Positions 24,316-37,541 of a stretch of 64,000 nt of DNA are shown here, piece by piece; position 1 is the stretch's first letter; each line of letters starts with the position of its first letter. The translations under genes and the position numbers were made by a program. Under the pieces are notes generated by a model that searched no databases, was not told the DNA's origin, and worked only from the letters and a program-made list of their open reading frames with translations. The DNA is from Chiloscyllium plagiosum (Eukaryota). Location of the stretch: the NCBI RefSeq assembly GCF_004010195.1, contig NC_057759.1, positions 838,112 through 902,111 of the forward strand, written 5' to 3'.

Positions 24316-25468
24316 TGCTGGGGAGCAGTGTATGCTGGGAGAGTGTTTCCCCCTCATTGAAGCATCTCGGAACAAAAGGCACAGTCTCAGAATCAAGGGG
24401 TGTCATTGGATGTCTGAGATGAGCAAGATTGTCTTCTCTTGGACGTTTTAGTGTCTTTGGAACTTTTTAATACAGAGAAATGTGTGGGTTGGCAGAGTCC
24501 TTGTGTATATTTAAGGCTGAGACAGATACATAATTAATTAATAAGTGAATCAAGGGTTACAGGGAAAGTGGATGTGAGGGATGTCGGATCAGCCATGATT
24601 CTATTGAATGGTGGAGCAGGCTCGAGGAGCTGAAAAGCCAACTACTGTTGCCCATTCTTATGCTCCTATGATCCGATGGAATGTTCCCAATCCCACGGTT
24701 CCTAATAAATTCTGAACATGTTCTGTAAGTTGCTTCTTTGCCCTGTCGGTGCAAACCAGAGTCCAGATGGAGACTGAAAAACAACATAACTTGGATAGTC
24801 TTTCTTCATCCTTCACACAGAGGAAAGCATACCACACACTACTCATTCCAGTGCACTGGGTATTTTCTACGAGATGATTCCTTTCTCCAATGCCCTTACA
24901 CGATATTGGAAAATCAGGCTGTAGGAATGGATTGCAGCTCTATCATTGAGATTTCTGATTTATTTTGAGGACAGAATAGAACAAGGGTGAATGTAAACAC
25001 AACTGTATCACCTCAAATGCTTGTTTCAACGTGATGTGTTTAACTTCACGTGACGTGAGTCTCCAACATGATGTACACAGTGCCCAAATGCTTGTGTTTT
25101 ATCTGCCAGTCCTTTAGCTAGCTTTTCTCTGTAAGTGACATTGGACTCGAAAAATGAATGCTGTCGCTGTCTCTCCACAGATGCTGCTAGACCCACTGAA
25201 TTTCTCATGCACTGTCTAGAGTTGTTTACTTTAGCTGTTTGACCTTAGAAGTATCCATGACATCAGAATTCGGATTATTTCAATTTTTGTTTCTGATGCT
25301 GTGGCGCTGCGTTAACAGAGAGTAAACAATCATAGAGTGATCAGGAATGAAGTTTAAAATGTCTCCACTGAAACTATTTACACATTTATCACCTTAATAA
25401 TCAGAAAGAAAGATGTTTTATTTATAGCGATCATTACAACTAATCATGAGCATCAGTGATATACTTAC

Positions 25469-25521
25469 AAATGCCATCATGGTTTTTACTGTGTCTATTT
25501 TGAACTGTTGAGGTTGAAGTC
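25469..25521 (-). CDS. Ig-like receptor exon 7: cytoplasmic (TSTSTVQNRHSKNHDGI)
   Basis: Acceptor tctttattttccAG, donor GTAAGT; 53 nt, phase 2 to 1; 170-nt intron separates it from exon 6. Confidence 0.8.
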
Positions 25522-25691
25522 CTGGAAAATAAAGACATATGCTGGCTCAAATGTGCTCCCGATGTAATGGGAATTGATGGCACAAGAATAATTAAGGAAT
25601 AAATACGAGATCTATAGATGTATTAATGCACATCTATGTATGTTGCATAAAGTCAAGTATCAGAAAAATACAAGTCGTTTAACATTCTCAC

Positions 25692-25719
25692 CTCTGAACA
25701 TTTCGATGTTTATTTCGAC
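25692..25719 (-). CDS. Ig-like receptor exon 6: basic juxtamembrane (GRNKHRNVQR)
   Basis: Strong acceptor ttgttttttatccctcAG, donor GAG|GTGAGA; 28 nt, phase 1 to 2. Confidence 0.8.
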
Positions 25720-26694
25720 CTGAGGGATAAAAAACAACAATGCATTGTGAAATACCTCAAACATGTTGGCCAATGTCAATAATATAACACAAAGGCCTGC
25801 AGGGTGTTGAATATCCGTGTCAAAAATCAGAGAATGTTAAAGAAATACAGCAACTATGACACTATCTATATACTCAGAACAAAACGGAATCGAAAGCTCA
25901 AAGGGGAGTTGGGAGTCCGGGTTCAGGATTGTCTTCAGGTGAACAGGGAGGTTCAGTTGGCAATTAGGATGGAAAATGTTATGTTAGCATTCATTGCTAG
26001 ATGGTTGGAATACAAGAGGCTGTATATGTGCTGCTGAGGCTGTATATGGCTCTGGTCAGATCTCATATGGAATGTTGAGAGCAGTTTTAAACACTGTATG
26101 TGTGGGAGGATTTACTGAGCTTGGAAGGAGTCCAGAGAAGATTCACAAGAAAGATCCCATGGATGAAGGGCTTGTCATGTGAGAAATGGTTAAAGAGTGG
26201 ACATGGAAAAGATGTTTCCAGGAGTAGTAGAGACAAGGAACCGAGAGCACATGCTTAGAGTAAGGAGATGACCTTGGAGGAATTTCTTCAAAAATGGGAT
26301 GTTGAATCTGTGGAACTGATTGCCACAAAGGGCTGTGGAGGCCACGACATTGGCTTCCTTGAGAACAGAATCAGATAGCTTCTTGAGTGGGAAAGGTGAT
26401 CCAGGGTTTCAAGTAGAAGGCAGGGGAATCGGTTTGAGAAACGTATCAGTCATGATCAAATGATAGAACAAACTCAATGGACTGAAGGCTCTAATTCTGC
26501 TCCTGTGTCGTAAGGTCTTGTAGTGTGTTCAAGGTGCTTGCCAGTCATGGCTGAGAGGATGATCCTCCCTCATGCAAGAGTGTAGGATCAAAGGGTATCG
26601 TCTCAGAATAAAGGGACACCAGTTGAAGACTGAGATGAGGAAGGATTCCCTCTGTCAGAAGGTTGAGAGTTTTCAGAACTCCATGTCACAGAGT

Positions 26695-26862
26695 TTCTCT
26701 CTCTGTCTCTCTCCCTCTGTATGCCTGTGTGTGTGTCTGTGTGTCTGTGTGCTGTGTGTATCTCTCACTCTGTATGTGTGTGTTTGTCTGTGCATGTGTC
26801 TGTCTATGTGTGTGTGTTTCTGTGCGTGTGTCTGTGTGTTTATGCATGTGTCAGAGTGTGTC
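26695..26862. repeat. Compound (CT)n/(TG)n microsatellite
   Basis: Direct reading; produces spurious CV-rich ORFs. Confidence 0.85.
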
Positions 26863-29805
26863 CACAATCCTTGTGCATATTGAAGGCTGAGATAGATTCT
26901 TCATCAGCTGGGAAATGAAGGGTTACAGGCAGGAAAATGGAAGTGAGGACTGAGGGATCACCCATGCTGGAGATGAGAGTCAAGATTAGAGTGGTGCTGG
27001 AAAAGCACAGCAGGTCAGGCAGCATCCGAGGAGTAGGAAAATCGATGTTTCGGGCAACAGCTGTTCATCATAGGATCGGCCATGGTTCTATGGGTGGAAC
27101 AGGCTCCGGGACCCTAATACTATACTCCTTTTCTTATTTCTTATAGTGTTATGGACTTGAAATGTTAACTCTGCTTCTGTCTCTCTCACTCCATAGATCC
27201 TGCCAGATCTGCTGAATTTCTCCAGTGACTTCTGTTTCACTGAACTATTTTCCAAACCCAGCATCGAATTCGGTAATTTGAAAATCTAAATGATACCTCC
27301 CAAAACGAAAGGTTTAATAAAGCTATGAATATGTCCACTTCAAACGTACAAAACGCAGAACAAAAGCGATGCAATCACGTTTTCCCTGTTACAAGTTAGA
27401 AGCCCTGCAGAGGAGATAGAGTTCATTGACGGTGAATCTACACTGACCCTTCAAAGAGCATCCGATCCGCATCCTATACCTGTAACCACACATTTCCGAT
27501 GACTAATCCACCTAGACCACACACCATCCCTGCACAGTTTAGCATGACCAATCCACCTACTCATCTGTACCGAGTTGTAATGACTAGATGATTAGCCAGT
27601 CAATGAGCCATCTTCTAAAAGAGGCTTCCAGAAGAGTGTCTCACAGTGAATGTGGTGAAATTACTGTATGGAACAGACTGTTTGATGAAAATGTTCTTAG
27701 TTACAGATGATAAAGGCCAAACGCCATATAACTGCCTCTGGTCTATATCCCCTTCAGAGCTTTACTCAACAAATATTTCTCTGTCTCCCATTTGAAACTG
27801 GCAACTGATGCAGCATCCATTGCCGTTTTGTACTACGTTGTGGGTCTACATGGAAGGAAAAGAATCGCAGCTGGACATCTCCTGTGAATACATTAATGAC
27901 CCAAGCGGCTGGACAAACCACATGGGTCGTTCTTTTTCACCCTTAATTTGTTTATATTTCTGTACACAGAATGCTTACTGTGAGGCCTTCACTGAAACAT
28001 AGCGAGGGGTTAGTGTGTTGACAGGGTTACTGGGACACTACCCCAGAACTGACAGCAACATGCCACGTGGCTCCATCTGCCATCTCTTGCGATGCATTCC
28101 AAGTTCTAGAGCTAGAATCGGAATCTAGTGATGGAATTCTCCTCAGTTGTGGTTGAAAGCTGATTCCTAATTTATTTTAATTCATTCGTGGGATGTGGGC
28201 ATCTCTCTCCAGGCCAGCAGTTATTATCTCTGCTTTTAGGGGCCTCTTCTCTCAAAGTGAATTAACTCTTCTGAGGTTTCAGAAAAATAACTTCTTGGAC
28301 TCCTACCTGAACACATCGGCTAATGATTTTCCTCAGGTCTACCTTTCTGTTTCTAATACAAACACTATTCACATCAGGGTTTTAAAGACCCCATTTCAAT
28401 GAGTTTGAACAGAACAAATCTATATATATTCCAGTGTCATTTTCACTGAATCACCTAAAACGAAATTTAAAATAAAACTGTCTTGGTCCTCTGAACAGAG
28501 AAAACTAAAACTATTCGAGTCACACAGCAATACAGCAGGGAAACAAACACTTAAGTCCAACTTGTCCATACCGACCAAAATTCCCTAACTAAGCTAGTCA
28601 TATTTACCTGCGTTTGCTGCATATCTCTCTAAATCTTTCTGATCCATGTACCTGCCCAAACGTCTCTTAAATTTTGTAATTGCACTCGCCTCTACAACGT
28701 CTCCTGGCAGCTCGTTCTATATATATATACACCACCCACTCTGTGAAAAAGTTGCTTCTCAAGTGCCTTTTAAATCTTTTCTCTCTCACCTTAAATTTAT
28801 GCACGTCTGGTTTTGGTCGCCGTTACCTTGGAAAAAGACCTTGGCTGTTCATCGTATCAATGCCTCACATGATTTTGTAAATCTTTTTAAGATGACCCTT
28901 CAGCCTCTGACACTCTGGGGTAATAACTCACAGTCTATACAGCCTTTTGTTGTAAGTCAAACCCTCCAGTCCCAGCGACATTCTTGTCTAGGCAGCACGG
29001 TGGTTCATTTGCTTCCTCCCACAATCCAAAGATGTGCAGAACAAGTGAATTGGACAAGCTAAATTGCCCATAGTTTTCGAGGATGTATAGATTAGGTGCA
29101 TTAGTCAGGGGTAAATGTCGAGTAATAGGGTAGCGAAATGAGTTTGAGTGGGATACTCTTCAGAGAGTCGATATGGACTTGTTGGGGCAAAGCGCCTATT
29201 TCTATAGTGTGGGGATTTAATGAAACTATGCCACTGAATCTTTTTTTTCACCTTTTCCAGTTAAACCATATCGTTCCTATAGCTGGGCGATCTCACCAAT
29301 ATCCTGCACAACCTCAACTTGACATCCCAACTCCTATTCTGACTGCTCTGACGGATGAAGGTAAGTGTGCCAAATGCCTTTTCCACTAACATGTCTACCT
29401 GTGACGCTACTTTCAAGGGACTATGCACCTGCACCCCTAGAGCCTTCTGGTCAACAATATTCCCCAGAGCCCTATTGAACCCTTATTTTAAAATAATATC
29501 AATACATCATTGAATTTGATCACATCTATCTATCTAAATTGTCATAGTGAAAGAAATTACTGGAACAGGAAAAGACCCATCAGTCTGTGCTGGTTTAAAA
29601 GTATTCTAATGCCATTTCATCAGCACTTGGCCTAGATTCTTGGCATCGCAATTGCACATCTAAGCACGTTTCTCCCACCCTTAGAGGAGTGAGTTCTACA
29701 TTCCTCATTATAATCTGGTTTAATCCTGGTAAATCGTCTCCACACCCTCTCCCACTGCTGTCAAATCCCTCCTAACCAGATGCATTACACATTTTAACGA
29801 GTTAC

Positions 29806-29901
29806 CTTTCTTGATAAGTATAAGGCACGGCACCACAAATAAAATAATGATCACGGCAGCACATCCCAGTCCGATGTACAGATATAATTCTGGCTTGGTG
29901 C
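29806..29901 (-). CDS. Ig-like receptor exon 5: transmembrane (GTKPELYLYIGLGCAAVIIILFVVPCLILIKK)
   Basis: Acceptor gcattgcatAG, donor AAG|GTAACT; 96 nt, phase 1-1; uncharged hydrophobic segment ending in KK stop-transfer. Confidence 0.9.
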
Positions 29902-31447
29902 CTATGCAATGCAAAGCAACGGTATGACATTAATGAACAGAAAGAAACATCAGCATGTACTACTGACAATAATATCCATCCTGAAGCATCACATGGTCGT
30001 TTTTTGACGCATTTTCTAACTTAATCAACAAATACAGCTAATGACCATTTAAAAGCCTTTCACAGCTTAATGTTCACGAAATTTGATTAGGGGCGTATAT
30101 CTGGTCGATCCTAGATTGGTCACCATGCGGGGCTGCAGAGTGAGATTTACCAGGATGTTACCTTAGAGGCTGAAGAGTTTCAGTGATAGAAATACTTTGC
30201 ACAGATATGGGTTCTCTTCTTTAGAGCAGGAGAGTTTAAGAGAAAGGGACATGATTGAGATGCATAAATTGATGAGGGCAATGGATAGGGTAGACAGGAA
30301 GAAGGGATTGATGTCTGGAAGGTGTGGAGTGCTATCTTGAAGATAAGTGGCTGAAAGCTGAGAGGAGATGTAAGAATTTTTGGGAACACCCAGAGGGTAG
30401 TAGGGATCTGGAATACTTTGCCTGTAAACGTGGAAGAAGCACAAACCCTCATCATATTGAAAGAAGGTGTGGATGTGCACTTGCGACTCTAAAGCATGGG
30501 TGGGCCAATGGGAATAGAGAATACTTAAGTGACTGTTTATCACCAACACAGATTCGATGGGTGGAAGGGCCTGTATATAGTCCTTTATGACCCTATGACA
30601 TGCAATTCCACAGATCCCAGTCACATCGAGTATTAGCCAAAAGTACACCCTAGTTATGTCCTCTGTTTTTTACTTTGATGACTTCTGCTCCTCTGGCAGA
30701 TAGTCCTGTGCAAATTTCACCTGCTCTGGTTAATTCACGAATATGCATCTTTTCACCATACTCAAAAGCAACTGAGAAAAGTTTGCTAAAGAATGGGGAC
30801 ACAAATGATCTAATAGTCTTCTTTGACAAAGCAAAGAAACCTCTGTATCAAAGCCCAGGGATCAAGTTCAGCATCATCTAGCATTGATTGTGAATCAAGA
30901 TAAATTCAGCCAAGTTAGAATTAGGCAGCCACCTGCCAGGGCATATAAACCACGCTCAGACCTTTGATCCAATTGCAATAAATTAAAACGAGGGCATAAG
31001 ACTGGCTTAAAACCTGAAGCACCATGAATCATTGAACAATATTTTCATAATTATCAAATCAGATACAAATTAAACTAATAGTTTCTGCTACCTTTATGTA
31101 TTTATGAAAACGAGGAAGACTTTCAGATACTAAAACATGTAATTACCAGGTTGTAAGTTTGCTCGCTGAGTTCGAAGTTTTGTCTTCAGACGTTTCATCA
31201 CTCTACTAGGTATCATCATCAGTGAGCTTACGGTGAAGCGCTGGTGTTATGTCCAGCTTTGTATTTATGTGTCTTGGTTCTCTTAAGGTGGGTGATATGA
31301 TTTCCTGTTCTGTTTGTCAGACGTTGGTAAGTAGGTCCAAATCTATGTGTCTATTGTTTGAGTTCCGCTTTGTCTGCCAAGCCTCTAGGAATTCGCACGC
31401 GTGTCTCTGTTTATGCTCTCCTATGCCCTTTCGGCGCTCTGCCTGTA

Positions 31448-31482
31448 TTCCTGATGAAGAGCTTTTGCCCGAAACGTCGATT
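31448..31482 (+). ncRNA. Minimal hammerhead ribozyme-like core
   Basis: CTGATGA-agagc tttt gccc-GAAA-CGTC; palindromic ACGT; stem II has one mismatch. Confidence 0.5.
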
Positions 31483-31674
31483 TTACTGCTCCTCTGATGC
31501 TGACTGAACTGCTATGCCCTTCCAGCACCTCTAATCCAGAATCTGGTTTCCAGCATCTGCAGTCATTGTTTTTACGTTTACTATGAAAGTTGTGTTGTCC
31601 CAGTCGAAGTGGTGACCTTCTTCGTGTGTATGTCAGGATGCTAGTGATAGTTCATCAAGTATTTTGATGGCTGG

Positions 31675-32363
31675 TGTTACGAGGATGTGGGTGTACTGTA
31701 CCTTTAACATAGTTAAAAGCTAGCTGACAACACCAAGTGTTCTGAATAAGATACAATGTAATATGTGCTGCAGTAGCTAGGGCAGCTGGTTCCTGGAGAC
31801 AAAAATAACTTTGAATTAAAGCATTTAGTTTAAATTATTCACCCCCAAAAAGACCAAAGTTCAATCAAGTTTGAATTTAGTGTATTGACAATATTGAAAG
31901 CCAATGACACAATCCAAAGCTTTGGAGGTATACTACTGGGGGAAAAAATGAACAGTTGGGATTGAACTTCGAAAAAAACAAACAGATGTTGGCTGCTAAT
32001 AACAACTCTCTGCGAGGTTTCTTTCTAGTGAAGGAGTTTACAGAGATTTAAAAAACATCAGCAGAGAACAAATCTATTGAAGAAGCTACAAAGGGAAGAT
32101 TGGACAGTTGCCTGGTTTTGAAATTTGAACTGTTTGAAATCATAATTGGAGGGTTTATTGGATTCGTATTATAGAAGGGAAAATAAAAGAATGGTTAGAG
32201 GAAGGAATTCTAAATTGTTATTAGCTATATATTCTCTATGATACTTTAAGAAGTAAAGTTGTAAATTTTTCTATATTTTTCTTGAATTTTAACAGAGTAC
32301 TGCACGTGATAACTATTTTCTGTGTTGCCAATTCAAATTAAGCTGGGGAGGAGGGTTCCAACA
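31675..32363. mobile_element. Probable solo LTR
   Basis: Starts TGTTAC and ends CCAACA (TG...CA), ~690 bp, splits the Penelope sequence; degenerate 4-bp TSD ctgg/ttag. Confidence 0.55.
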
Positions 32364-33021
32364 TTAGTTGGTGTTCGTATGTCCCGATGGTTAGTATTCT
32401 GCCTGATTGTCAGATGTCGTCTTTACTGCAGTCTTTGCATTGTATTTTGTCAATGACATTCGTTTTGATGGCTGTTTTTATGGAGTCCTTTAGGTTCACC
32501 AGCCGCTGCTTAAGTGTATTGGTAGGTTTGTGGAATACCATAAAGTTGGTCAGGGTAGTCTGGTAGACTTTGATCTGTAGTAATGTAGCTAGAGTTTCTC
32601 TGCGTACTGTGTCTATTTGTTTGGGTTTGTTGTTTAGGAATCCAAAGACTGTGTTTATTGGGTACCTATTATTTTTGAGTACGTGGTATAGGTATTTTTC
32701 GTCTGCTGTTTCCTGCATGTGGTGGTGTGTTGTGGCCAGTTTAAGTAATGTCCTGGTGCAGCTCCATTTGTTGGGGTTTGGATGATTGCTCTCTGCAGAT
32801 AATGAGCTGATATGTGTGCATTGTTTTCCTGTAGACGCTAGGCCGAAGTTCTCCATTAACTGTTCATAGAATTTTAGATTAATAAAATCCCGACAGTGTG
32901 GAAGCAGGCCATTTGGCCCAAAATGTCGACAACAACCCACTAAAAAGTACCCCATCAGTCCTATTCCCTTACCTCCTATTACTCGACATTTCACCTGACT
33001 AACGCACTTATCCTACACAAA

Positions 33022-34150
33022 GAGTCATAGTCATAGAGATGTACAGCATGGAAACATGCCATTCAGTCCAATATGTCCATGGAGACCAGATATCCCAAAA
33101 CAATCTAGTCCCACCTGCCAGCACCCTGCCCATATCCCTCCAAACCCTTCCTATTCATATACCCATCCAAATGCCTCTTAAATGTTGCAATTGTACCAGC
33201 CTCCACCACTTCCTCTGGCAGCTCATTCCATACAAGTGCCATCCTTTGCGTGAAAAGGTTGTCCCTTAAATCCCTTTTATATTTTTCCCCTCTCACCCTA
33301 AACCTATGCCCTCCAGTTCTGGAATCCCCTACCACAGGGAAAAGACTTTGCCTATTAATCCCATCCATGCCCCTCGTAACTTTGTAAAACTCTATAAGGT
33401 CACCCCTCATCCTCCGATCTCCAGGTAAAACAGCCCCAGCCTGTTCAGCCTCTCCTTATAGCTCAAATCCTCCAATCCTGGAAACATCCTTGTAAATCTT
33501 TTCTGAACCCTTTCAAGTTTCACAACATCTTTCCGATAGCAAGGAGACCAGAATTTCACGCAATATTCCAACAGTGGCCTAACCAATGACCTTAGCAGCC
33601 GCAACATGACGTCCCAACTCCTGTACTCAATACTTTGACAACTAAAGGAAAGCATACTAAATGCCTTCTTCACTATCCTATCTACCTGAGACTCCACTTT
33701 CAAGGAGCTATGAACCTGCACTGCAAGACCTCTTTGTTTGGCAACACTCCCTAGGCACTTACCATTAAGTGTATAAGTCCTGCTAAGATTTGCTTTCCCA
33801 AAAAAGCAGCATCTCGCATTTAACTGAATTAAACTCCATCTGCCACTTCTCAGCCCTTTGACTCATCTGATCAAGATCCAGTTGTAATCAGAGGTAACCC
33901 TCTTCGCTGTCCACCACACCTTTAATTTTGGTGTCATCTGCAAACTTACTAATCATGCCTCTAATGCTCGCATTCAAATCATTTATATAAATGACAAAAA
34001 GTAGAGGACTCAGCATCGATCCTTGTGGCAAACCACTGGTCACAGGCCTCCCGTTTGAAAAAAAACCCTCCACCACCACCCTCTGTCTTCTACCTTTGAG
34101 CCAGTTCTGTAAAACAAATGGCTAGTTTTCCCCATATTCTGTGAGATCTA
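33022..34150 (-). mobile_element. CR1 LINE 3' fragment
   Basis: SGLPQGSMLSP, KFADDTK, LERVQKRFTRMF; catagtcatag tail. Confidence 0.9.
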
Positions 34151-34839
34151 AAATCCCTGAACGCTATGGGCAATTTTCCTGGAATGACACTGTGTGGAAG
34201 CAGTGTTAACCACTGAGCAACTTTGGTCATTGTTTTCAAAAACTGCTGTTGCATTTTGGATGGTGTGAGACCCCAGATCCGCCTGTGGGCCGCACCAAGA
34301 TGGGATTCTACACAGTTTCACATCACGCCTCACGTAGGCACTGCGGGCGTGCAGGTGGGTTTTATGGGAGCGGGGTGTGTATGTGCAGTCCGGTCGCTTG
34401 CCTCTGATAGGGAATGGGCCGAAAAGAAAAATAATAATAAACGTTTCATTAGCATGTTTGTTTTGAAGGGGTGCTTCATAGGAGAGAAAGACGTAATCCA
34501 CACAGCTCTCTGTTTCAATGAATGTGCAAATAAATGTGATTTGCATTCCTCGATGTCTGGCATTCAAGCCAGATCTCCATTAATAAACACATCGATTTGG
34601 ACCCCATCTGCCAACCTCTGGAAGAAAGAACTGGAAATGATATTACCTGCATTAACAGTCCAAGATACGTAAGTAGAAAGCGAAACAGAACACCAGCATA
34701 TCACCGGACGCTCATTGATATTACCTAGCATGGTGATGTAACATGTGAAAACAAATCTGCTAACTCAGCAAGCAAACTTACAATCTGAACATCAACCTGA
34801 GCGACAAATCTTCTCAAAAATCGCAACATATGTAATTAC

Positions 34840-35172
34840 CTTTTGATGGGCGATCCATCTTTCGTTTCTCTGTGACTGAAACTGACTGACTGGACCGGGA
34901 AAAGATGGCAGCTCCATTAACCACTGTTTCATATTGACAACTGTAATTTCCTGCAGAAGTATGTTCAAATGCATTGATGGTAAAGTCCGCAGTATCTTCA
35001 AGACTAGTCACTTCAAGGCGATACTGTCTGGAACCTTCCCCCCAATTGTTGTACAAGTAGAATGTCCCTCCACTGCGCCGAATCTCACCTTTACAGGAAA
35101 TCACGACATTGCCCCTATTTGAATTATCTCTGGAATCTTGCAGCACTTTAATGATTGGTTTGGAGAGTTGAT
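34840..35172 (-). CDS. Ig-like receptor exon 4: Ig domain 2, LRC/LILR/A1BG-like C2 type, plus short stalk
   Basis: Acceptor aaatcaacAG, donor AAG|GTAATT; 333 nt, phase 1-1. DQLSKPII...VVISC...GTFYLY...ADFTI...AGNYSCQY...SRSSQSVSVT; Cys pair separated by 51 residues. Confidence 0.9.
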
Positions 35173-35329
35173 CTGTTGATTTGTAAAATAAAGACTTTTA
35201 CAAATACATTTTTGCATCCTTTTTAGAGCAAAGCACTTGAAAGGGGAAAGGTGTAGACGAAAGCCACTGCAATATCACAACATAATCAGTTATCCTTGCT
35301 CATTGCGAGACAACGATCAAAGATGCAGA

Positions 35330-37500
35330 ACGCTCCATCCAGCCAATATTTTGTTGAACGACAGCATAATTCCGTGCTCCTCTTCCGAGCTTGCAAGCAG
35401 AAATTGAAGTGACTGTATCCCGTACAGAAAGCAGTGTTGCTTTCAGGCAAGGAAAAGGCTTCTATGGGACAGTTTACATTTGCTGGACTGGTCCGTATTC
35501 AAGAACTCAGCGGCCAACCTAAGCAAGTATGACACTAATGTTATAGAGCCGAAAATGTGTTGCTGGAAAAGCGCAACAGGTGAGGCAGCATCCAAGGAGC
35601 AGGAGCATGTTATAATGTTTTAGAATAATGTTATAGGCTTCCCCAGTGCACGTGTACAAGATTATGTGTTAAGATGTTAATCTAAGTGTTCCCCAACGGG
35701 AATCAATGGATGAAGTGGAAAGTTCACTCCCGACTGCAAGTCGGAGGCTTCCAACTCAGATAGCCCTGTCCTATACAGGAAAATCAGGTACCAGCTCTGT
35801 AAGGCCTTCAGGGATGCTAAGAGGAAACACCAAGCTCAGCATGAGACCAAGACCAACCACCCAGATGTCTGTCCTTTGTGGCAAGGCCTACACAACATAA
35901 AGGGAAATTGAACATGTTCATAGTCATCACTGTGTCCCTATGTGACGAGCTCAATGCATTCTGTGCTTGCTTTGAGCAGAAGGTCAGTGAATCGATGTAA
36001 TCTATAACAACAGTGTCGGATGCATCTGTACCCACGGCCATTGCCACAGATGTTCGATCAGCCTGCTTCAGAGTGACCCCACAGAAAGCGACTAGTCAGG
36101 TTGGAGTCTGCGACCATGCACTCAGATCCTGTATGGACCAGCTGAAGGGAGTACTCACAGACGTCTTTAAACTCTTCTTACTATGGTGTGATATTCTCAG
36201 CTGCTTCAAGTAGACCACCAACATGCTGGTATCAAAGGAAAATCACGCAATGTGCCTCAATGACTAACGCCTGTTGGTTGTGACCAATATAATTATCCAT
36301 TATCTTCGAGAGGTTCGTCATGACTCACACCCACTCCAGGCTATCAATTACTTTGATCCTTTACAGTTCACCTACTGGCGCAACATTTCTACTGCCAACA
36401 TCACCTCCCTTGCCCTACACTCATCCCTGGAACATTTGGATAAGAAGGACGTCTATGCCAGGCTCCTACTTACTGACTACAGATCACTTTCAAAATCATA
36501 ATTCCAAACAAACTGGTATGGATGCTCAAACGTAAGAATGTGCAACAACATCTCCGTCATCGTAATCCTCAAGAACAGTGCCCCACAAGGCTGTGTACTC
36601 AGCACCTACTATACTTTCCGATAAAATCATGACGGCGTGGCCACATTCCACCCCAAATCCATTTACAGGTGTGCTAACAACACCACTGTTGTAGGGTGGA
36701 TTTCAAACAACAAGAAGGCAAAATAAACGAGAAAGACTATGCGCTTAGCGGTGTTGTGCAAAAATGACAATCTCTCCATCAACATCAGCAAAACGACAGA
36801 GTTGAGCATTCACTTCAGTAAGTAGAGTTGAGAGAACTGCTCTGTTTCCCTCAATGGTACTGAGGTGGAGATGGTCAACCGTCTCAATTTGCTGGGAGGG
36901 ATGGTCACCAGCAAGCTGTTCTGATCCACTCATGTTGATGCAATGGTCAAGAAACAGAAATTAATCTCAAATTCCTCAGGATGCTAAGGAAATTCGGCAT
37001 GTCCGCAAGCACTCTTAACAGTTTTTAAACGTGCACCATAGAAAGCATCCTATTTGAATGCATCACAGTGTTGTATGGCAACTGCGCAAGAACTTACAGA
37101 GAATCGTGAATAGAGACTAGTCCATCTCACAAATCTACTTTCCATCCTTTGACTCCATTTAAACTTCCCTCTGTCTCTGGGAAATGACCAACACAGCCAA
37201 AGACCCCGCCCACTCCAGTTCTACTCTCTTCAATTGGACAGAAGATACGGAAGTTTGAATGCACGCATCATCAGATTAAAGAATAGCTTCTTCCCAGCTG
37301 TTATCAGATTTCTGACTAGACCTCTCAAATATTAATATTCATCTCTCTGTCTCGTTATGCACTTTCTCCATAGCCATGACACTCTATTCTACGCTCTGTT
37401 CTGCTGCTATGATGCACTTTGCATGTTAAGTTCTGACTGTAGAGCATGCAAAACATCATTTTCACTGTATCTTGGTACATGTGGCAACAATAAATCAAAC
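35330..37500 (+). mobile_element. Rex1/Babar-type LINE (degenerate) filling intron 3
   Basis: DPLQFTY, LEHLDKKDVYARLLLTDY remnants; 3' end caataaatcaaac at ~37487-37500. Confidence 0.75.
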
Positions 37501-37541
37501 AAATAACAAAGAAAAGGGGAGAAGTCTATTTAATGACATAC

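Larger units (their letters stand above)
31150..32870 (-). mobile_element. Penelope-like element (RT C-terminus and GIY-YIG), interrupted by nested insertions
   Basis: HPNPNKWSCTRTLLKLATTH, NNRYPINTV and NVIDKIQCKDC motifs; hammerhead-like core at 31186-31225 (minus). Confidence 0.8.

Noticed and set aside
27379..27404. 26-nt candidate cytoplasmic exon (GLLTCNREN)
   Set aside because: Weak donor GTGATT; ends in phase 0, which puts exon 6 out of its phase-1 frame and is not needed for the model
28307..28352. 46-nt AG...GT candidate exon
   Set aside because: Contains TAG in the phase-1 frame required after the TM exon
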